From Hyaloraphidium curvatum SAG 235-1 (taxonomy: Eukaryota; Fungi; Monoblepharomycota), in assembly GCA_025558095.1 (NCBI GenBank), contig JAIVFI010000036.1, positions 310,001-374,000 of the forward strand: 64,000 nucleotides of DNA. The letters run 5' to 3'. A program made the position numbers and the translations under genes. Below are positions 58,596-64,000 of the stretch, piece after piece (position 1 is the stretch's first letter; every line of letters begins with the position of its first letter). The notes under the pieces were generated by a model that did not search any database, had not been told where the DNA came from, and was given only the letters and a program-made list of their open reading frames with translations.

Positions 58596-58764
58596 GGTGG
58601 CGTGGGGATCCGCGAGGAAAAGCCGTGAACGCGTGAACGGATTCGTGGGGGACAGCGGAAGTCCACGCACTCGCCACACGTCGCCACACCGCCACAACAC
58701 AGCGATCGTCCGCCTACCGTCGCATAACAAATCATGCAAAAAACTCCACGGCCACCCGCTGATA

Positions 58765-59137
58765 ATGCGGTGCCGCGAAAGTCGCGGCACGTCGACCGGG
58801 CAGCGCATGACCAAGGAGAACGTAAGCGCGGACTTCTCCATCGTAAGCCTGGCCTGCTTGCTTCCGCACTCGCTGATTCTGATCGCCGCAGACGATGACC
58901 GCCACCTTCGGTGCCGATGGAGCGGAGCGGCGCACCACCCACACGCCGCGCCGCACTGCGGCCAAGCTCGCGGCAATCCTGAATGCCCCCGGCACCGAGA
59001 TTAAGCGCGCCGGGCGCTGGGCATCGGAGGTCTACCACATCTACGTCAACGAGGGTAGGTTGGAGGTGCTCCAGAACCGGCTCCTCAACAACATCGACAA
59101 GACTTTGAAACGAGTGTATTGGTTCCCCATTCGCTAG
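58765..59137 (+). mobile_element. 5'-truncated, intron-containing tyrosine recombinase fragment (Crypton-like relic)
   Basis: A phase-0 intron at 58843-58891 (GTAAGC...GCAG) gives GQRMTKENVSADFSI|TMTATFG...THTPRRTAA...IKRAGRWASEVYHIY. This contains HxxR, GRW and a catalytic-position Tyr. Confidence 0.6.
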
Positions 59138-59149
59138 CACAATAACATT

Positions 59150-60417
59150 CTACTCTCCCTGCTCCTCCTTCTTTGACCGCTTTTGCCTGTCCACGTTGTA
59201 GAAGGCGTTCACGGTCTTCAGATTCGCAAACTTCTCCTGCGCCAAGAAATCGTCGAGCTCCATCCCAGACTCCTTCCACATCTTCCAGAGCCGCTCCTGA
59301 TTGAACACCAATGCCCTCTTCCCGCCCTGGTGCCCCTTCTTGATCTCGGCAAGCTCGTTGCGAGTGACTGCCGCCGACATGGCGACGTCGAAATTGTGCA
59401 GGACACCCGCGATCTTCTCGCGCGCCTCCAGACCCGGGCCCGCCGGGGTCACGACCGGCGATGGCCGGGTAATCGAAGAAGGTTCGGCAGCCGGCGAGTC
59501 CGCGGTGCCTGAGGTAGGTGTCGTCGCCGCGAAGTGCCCCGCCAACCCCATCAAGACCCTTTCAGGAAGCGCCGCCAGTTCCGTCCTGACGCCCCCAAGC
59601 TCGGTAGCAACGTTGCCAACGGCACCAGCAAGGCCGGAGACAGGGGCAGCCAGGACCTGCCCGGCAATGGCGGGAAGCCGGGCGTTGCGCTCGCGCTGGG
59701 TGGTCTGGTCCTCGAGGATCCCCTCCCAATGGTCGCGCCCCTGCAGCATCCCCGGCAACGGAAGGTCCGTTGGAGGATCCACGACAAAGTACTGCCGCTG
59801 CTCCGCCTGAAGGACCGTCCTGGCCACGCTTCCAACATTCTTGTTCGAGATGTGCGTGCCGAATCGCTGCACGACCGTCAGTCCGCTGGGGGACAAGCAA
59901 CAAGGCCACCCACCGAAATAACATTGTCTCCGTCAATGGTGCTGGTCTGTGCCATCGCGTACGTGGGCGTCCAGCCGCCCCACCGTGTTCGCAAGTTGTC
60001 GACGATGCTCTTGACAACCAGCGGGCGGAAATGGTTCTCCGGGGCAGCGATGCGGTCCTTCTCGTCGCCATCGTCATCGGACGACGTGTCCGCAATGCCA
60101 AGTGTGCCCTTCAGCTGCGCCGCCGCCTGGCGCTTCGAATGGCCATGCCTTCTCGGTGCGCGGCCCTTCGCCGAGGGTTCGGGGCTCGGCGGCTTCGGGT
60201 TCTCGTCGTCCCGCCTGAACTCCTCCTCGTCCTCAAAAGTGAGCCCGAGACTATCATCTAGCCCGGCCAGAAGGCCTCCCAAGTCCATATGAGCGGTCGG
60301 CGGGTTCGGTTCCGGTTCGGGCCCGGGGTCCCCGCTTCCGCCCGCCGCGGCGGCGACGCGGTCCGTTCCGGCCCAGTATTTCTGCTTCCGGCCCCGCTTC
60401 CTGGCCGGGGCGGACAT
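59150..60417 (-). CDS. Hypothetical basic/acidic nuclear-type protein, possibly a second Crypton-derived ORF
   Basis: NLS-like RKRGRK at the start and acidic patches. A putative intron at 59886-59962 gives RWGGWTPT|GLTVVQRF. Helical basic C-terminal domain. Confidence 0.5.
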
Positions 60418-60543
60418 CGCACGTATATGTGCCGCCGGAATTGCGGCCCAAAAGACTCGGAAGACTGGTCTTCGCGCGCCGAGATTCGTGGTATTTGCAT
60501 AATAGAGAGCACCGGCCTCGGAGGTGACAGCGGGCCCAACACA

Positions 60544-62013
60544 ATGGCGGACCGCCCGGACATCCTCGGCGGCCTGCCGCTGCCCGGTTGTCCGTTTTCT
60601 ACGTCTTCTCTGCCCTCCGCGCCCGACCGGAGCACGCTCTTCGTGGTCCACCGGCCCGTGACCTCCGCGGCGCAACTGGTCCTCGCCATCGCGACCGCCG
60701 GGTTCGCGCTCTTCACCGCGCTGCGCCTGAACTCGGTCACGCTCTTCTCGCGGCTGATCGAGAACAAGACGCTCCGCAACGGGTATGCCGCGGCCTTCTT
60801 CCTGTGCATTGCCGCCGCGGCGTTCATCGACACGGCGCGCTACTCGACGGGCATCGTCGTGGCACGCGACGGCGACGGCGGCGGCCTCGCGCCCGTCATG
60901 CTGTGGCTCCTGAGCTTGCTCTTTGGAGTGAACGGCGATCCGGACGCGGATCCGGACGACCCCATCGGGGACCCTGGGCAGGATCCGCCGGAACGTCGGG
61001 CGCCCGCCGTGAGCTTCCGCGCCGTGGACGGCGTGCTTCTCATGACCTCGTCATGTTTGCGAGCTGCTGCTGCCCTCTATTTGGCGCTCTCGCTGAACCA
61101 CCAGCTCAAATGGCGATGCGTGCCCCCGCCAGACGCGAACGAGGCCGTGACTGGAATCGAGCAGCCCGAGTCGTCGCCGCGCTTCCTCACCTACTTTGTT
61201 TCCCCAGACCGCGTACCCCCTGCAGCTGGCACGCGAGCACCGCAGGAAGTCGATGCTTTGCTGCCTCCCACGACGCTGGGCACTTCGTACGGTTCCACCT
61301 ACCCGAGCGGAATCTCTGGCGACGGAAGCCCGATGTGGGACGATGACGATGACGAGGAACCGCCACTGGACATGCGGTCGTGCTGCACTCAACTGCGGAG
61401 CGGCGCCGAGCGGTTCGCCCGCGACTACATCGTCGACGGCCTCTTCTCCCGAAAAGGCCTCCTCCTCCTCCTCTTTCTGTTTGACGTCGGCGCCGCCTTT
61501 GCGTCTGCCGCATCCCGCCCGGACCGTGTACCAAGGGAGGGCGCGGATCTGTTCCTCGGGCTGCAAATCGCCGCCCGTTCCCTCCTCCAGCTCCCGGTGC
61601 TCTTGATGACCCTCGCCGTGATGCTGGCGCCGCGCACTGTCGTTTCGCACCAGGCCCGACCGGGCGAACCCGCGCCCCGGAAGATGCGGTACGGGCCGAA
61701 CCGCCGCGCCAAGCTGCTGCTGGCGCTCGGCGTCGGTGCGTTCGTGCTCTGCGGCGCGCTGGAACCCTCCTGGATCTCTCGCGCCCTGAACTCTGCCGGA
61801 GCCAACCCCTGTCCCGTGCCGCCGTACCTGTGGCGCGAAGATGGGCAGCTTCGAGGGTGGGCCTCGTTCTCGGACTGTGGGGTGCTGCTGCTGGCAGCAG
61901 GCTGCGCGTGCACATTCGGGTTCGTCGTGAGGGAGCACAGGAGGAGCAGGACCTACCTACGGTTCGTGGCCGAGGACTGGCTCTCGCGGACGTTTGACTT
62001 CAGGAGGTTCTGA
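60544..62013 (+). CDS. Multi-pass membrane protein of unknown function (about 7-8 TM), intronless
   Basis: Long ORF with GC3-biased codons and several hydrophobic helices separated by acidic loops. ATG at 60544. Confidence 0.65.
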   Translation: MADRPDILGGLPLPGCPFSTSSLPSAPDRSTLFVVHRPVTSAAQLVLAIATAGFALFTALRLNSVTLFSRLIENKTLRNGYAAAFFLCIAAAAFIDTARYSTGIVVARDGDGGGLAPVMLWLLSLLFGVNGDPDADPDDPIGDPGQDPPERRAPAVSFRAVDGVLLMTSSCLRAAAALYLALSLNHQLKWRCVPPPDANEAVTGIEQPESSPRFLTYFVSPDRVPPAAGTRAPQEVDALLPPTTLGTSYGSTYPSGISGDGSPMWDDDDDEEPPLDMRSCCTQLRSGAERFARDYIVDGLFSRKGLLLLLFLFDVGAAFASAASRPDRVPREGADLFLGLQIAARSLLQLPVLLMTLAVMLAPRTVVSHQARPGEPAPRKMRYGPNRRAKLLLALGVGAFVLCGALEPSWISRALNSAGANPCPVPPYLWREDGQLRGWASFSDCGVLLLAAGCACTFGFVVREHRRSRTYLRFVAEDWLSRTFDFRRF

Positions 62014-62039
62014 GCGTCATACCGTGTGCAATTACCAAA

Positions 62040-63980
62040 TCAAACGATCACTTTCAAGACATCAATCACCCATGCCAGCCACGTCTGCGTTAGCTTCGGA
62101 TCGCAAAGCGCTAGTTTGCCCTCGCACTTCTCCATGAGTGCCTTCTGCGATGCGTAGAACGAATCGAGAGGAACCTTGGCCGCCAGGAGCACAGCGAGTC
62201 CGATGTACGCAATGTCCAGTATCGGCGGCAGCTGTGCTCTCGGGAGCTTGCCTTCGGGAAGCAAAGGCGAGGTGACTTTGTAGAACGTGTTGAGCGTTCG
62301 CATCCTGGAATCCCACTCGGGGAGTTTGGTTGCGACGTGGGGCAGGTATCTGGACGGATCCAAGGTCGCACCGAAACTGTCCGGAGAGGCAAGGCTCACT
62401 GCGAAACCGGGCCGGTGGTCTCCGTAAGCGCCGAGCACGTACGGTCTGCCCAACCCCGCAAGCTGCCTTCTGAACTCCTCTAGCGCGCGCGCACTCTGAA
62501 GGACCCGCGAAAGGTAGCTCTGCAGGTGCACCACGTCGCGCTCCGAGTGGATCCAGGGGAACCAGTTCTTCCTCCACATGGCCGGGAGCTGGTGCCGCGA
62601 GGATTCGTACGGCACATGATTCCGGATGGTCATGATGAACACGAAAAGCGGCTGGCTCGAGTTGCGGAAAGGAGCAGAGGCGTTGAGGGCCGCCTGGAAG
62701 AAGAAACTGTCGTACGGATGGTATCCCTCAGACACGCCTAAGGACGACGAGTCGATGAACTCGTCGAATCCGTAGCTCCGGTAGGCTGAGTCACTGTTCA
62801 GCAGTCTGCCATCGGAAGGGTAGATAGCAATGGTGTGGTAGCCGTGGCTCTTGAGGAACCCAGCAAGCGAATGGTGGAGCCGCGGAGCAATGCTAAAGGG
62901 CGCGTAGTTGCCGGCTGGGCCGAAGAACCCCGGCAACACGCCGGAATGTGTCGCAAATTCCATCATCCACGTCCCGCCGACTTCGACAGTGGATCTCAAC
63001 CCTCCGATGGCCACGGTCTCTCGATCTGGCATGAACAATGAATTGGGTCGGCAGAGCTCGGTGATGTTGCAGGCCTTCAACGTCCAGGGATCGAAGGTCG
63101 ATTCCTCCATCACGAGGAAGATGTCCGGGAGGTTGGCGGCGCCGACTTTATGGTCCTTGGTCGGCCCATGCTCAACCCGGGTCCAGCCCCATGCCTCCTT
63201 TGCCTCTTCGCCTGAGCTTCTGGACGGAAAAATGATGCGCACGAACTGACACAGGTGGATGAAGTGCGACAGCGCTGTTGTATTCGCGGCCAAGTCGAAC
63301 CAAACTCCGAACTCTGCAGAGTCCCGGCTCGCTTCCCAGATTGTGAGTTTTGCCACGGAGAGGGTGATGAGGGATGCTCCAAGAAGAAATGACAAGACAA
63401 AGCGGAGTCCGATGAGACGCGTTTCGCTTCTCGCCTTGCCCTGTCCCGGAAGCAGGACTTCGACTTCGTTCCATCCACTGCCGTCCATAGCAGATTCCCA
63501 GCCTGTTGCAAGATCCGTTCGGTGTGCAGGTCCCAGCCTCGTAGTTCGTAAGCAATGCCCCGGTGACTCCGCCCAGCGAAGCCAGCAGACAGCAGCCCCG
63601 AATACAGCCAGAACTCCCAATGTGCCGAAGACCACGAAGGGGAAGCTGCGCACGACCAAGAGCGCCTCCGGACCCAGGTACCAGACGTCGTACGGTCGCA
63701 AGGGCTGGTTCATGAGCGAAAGCTTCACGGCAGAAGCGAGCTGGACCGCGCCCGGCAGCGCTCCGCCCACGAAAAGACCAAGCGCTGGCCGCCGACAAAT
63801 CCCCGCGGTGAAGAGGGCGAGGCCGACGGCAAATACCGCCACCCAGAAAGCGTCGCGCACTGTCCGCTCGGCCGACAGCAGCGAGGCCAGGACGCAGAGG
63901 AAGGAAGCTGTCGCGACGGCGAAGGGCAGGCCAGCGGCCCCGAAGCAGCGTATGGAGCGCAGGAGCCATCGCCGTTTCAT
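62040..63980 (-). CDS. LTA synthase / sulfatase-superfamily membrane phosphoglycerol- or phosphoethanolamine-transferase-like protein, intronless, bacterial-type
   Basis: About 5 N-terminal TM helices with PLRPYDV. Catalytic domain PDIFLVMEESTFDP, GGT (Thr nucleophile), YGFDEF, TIRNHVPY and YGDHRP. Confidence 0.82.
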   Translation of the reverse strand: MKRRWLLRSIRCFGAAGLPFAVATASFLCVLASLLSAERTVRDAFWVAVFAVGLALFTAGICRRPALGLFVGGALPGAVQLASAVKLSLMNQPLRPYDVWYLGPEALLVVRSFPFVVFGTLGVLAVFGAAVCWLRWAESPGHCLRTTRLGPAHRTDLATGWESAMDGSGWNEVEVLLPGQGKARSETRLIGLRFVLSFLLGASLITLSVAKLTIWEASRDSAEFGVWFDLAANTTALSHFIHLCQFVRIIFPSRSSGEEAKEAWGWTRVEHGPTKDHKVGAANLPDIFLVMEESTFDPWTLKACNITELCRPNSLFMPDRETVAIGGLRSTVEVGGTWMMEFATHSGVLPGFFGPAGNYAPFSIAPRLHHSLAGFLKSHGYHTIAIYPSDGRLLNSDSAYRSYGFDEFIDSSSLGVSEGYHPYDSFFFQAALNASAPFRNSSQPLFVFIMTIRNHVPYESSRHQLPAMWRKNWFPWIHSERDVVHLQSYLSRVLQSARALEEFRRQLAGLGRPYVLGAYGDHRPGFAVSLASPDSFGATLDPSRYLPHVATKLPEWDSRMRTLNTFYKVTSPLLPEGKLPRAQLPPILDIAYIGLAVLLAAKVPLDSFYASQKALMEKCEGKLALCDPKLTQTWLAWVIDVLKVIV

Positions 63981-64000
63981 GCTTCGGGCGGTGGGAAACA

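Overview
GC-rich, gene-dense eukaryotic DNA with many short (~50-60 bp) GT-AG introns and CTRAC/CTCAC-type branch sites. The gene content (chitin deacetylase, LCB2, TOA1, IDI1, cystinosin, CSC1/OSCA, DYRK) suggests an early-diverging, chytrid-type fungus; this is an inference. About 29 protein-coding loci can be rebuilt by splicing the ORF track by eye. No rRNA, tRNA or CRISPR was seen. Highlights: (1) A tandem pair of receptor-like non-RD TKL kinase genes share a homologous leader peptide and coiled-coil/kinase module but carry unrelated ectodomains (RCC1/BLIP-II repeats versus a ricin-B-lectin-like domain). They show patchy gene-conversion-like identity, and one copy is frameshifted. (2) A head-to-head pair of ABCG half-transporters resembles the ABCG5/G8 layout; both have non-canonical signature and Q-loop motifs and 130-150 aa insertions in the last extracellular loop. 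(3) An LRR-coiled-coil-atypical kinase-RING-Rcat-like protein has Ser at the expected catalytic Cys. (4) Several intronless bacterial-type genes (methyltransferase, pyruvyl transferase, cyclase, ROK, LTA-synthase-like) are HGT candidates. (5) A ~260 bp non-coding element occurs in two promoters. (6) An intron-containing tyrosine-recombinase (Crypton-like) relic is present. All family calls come from motif recognition by eye, not database searches.
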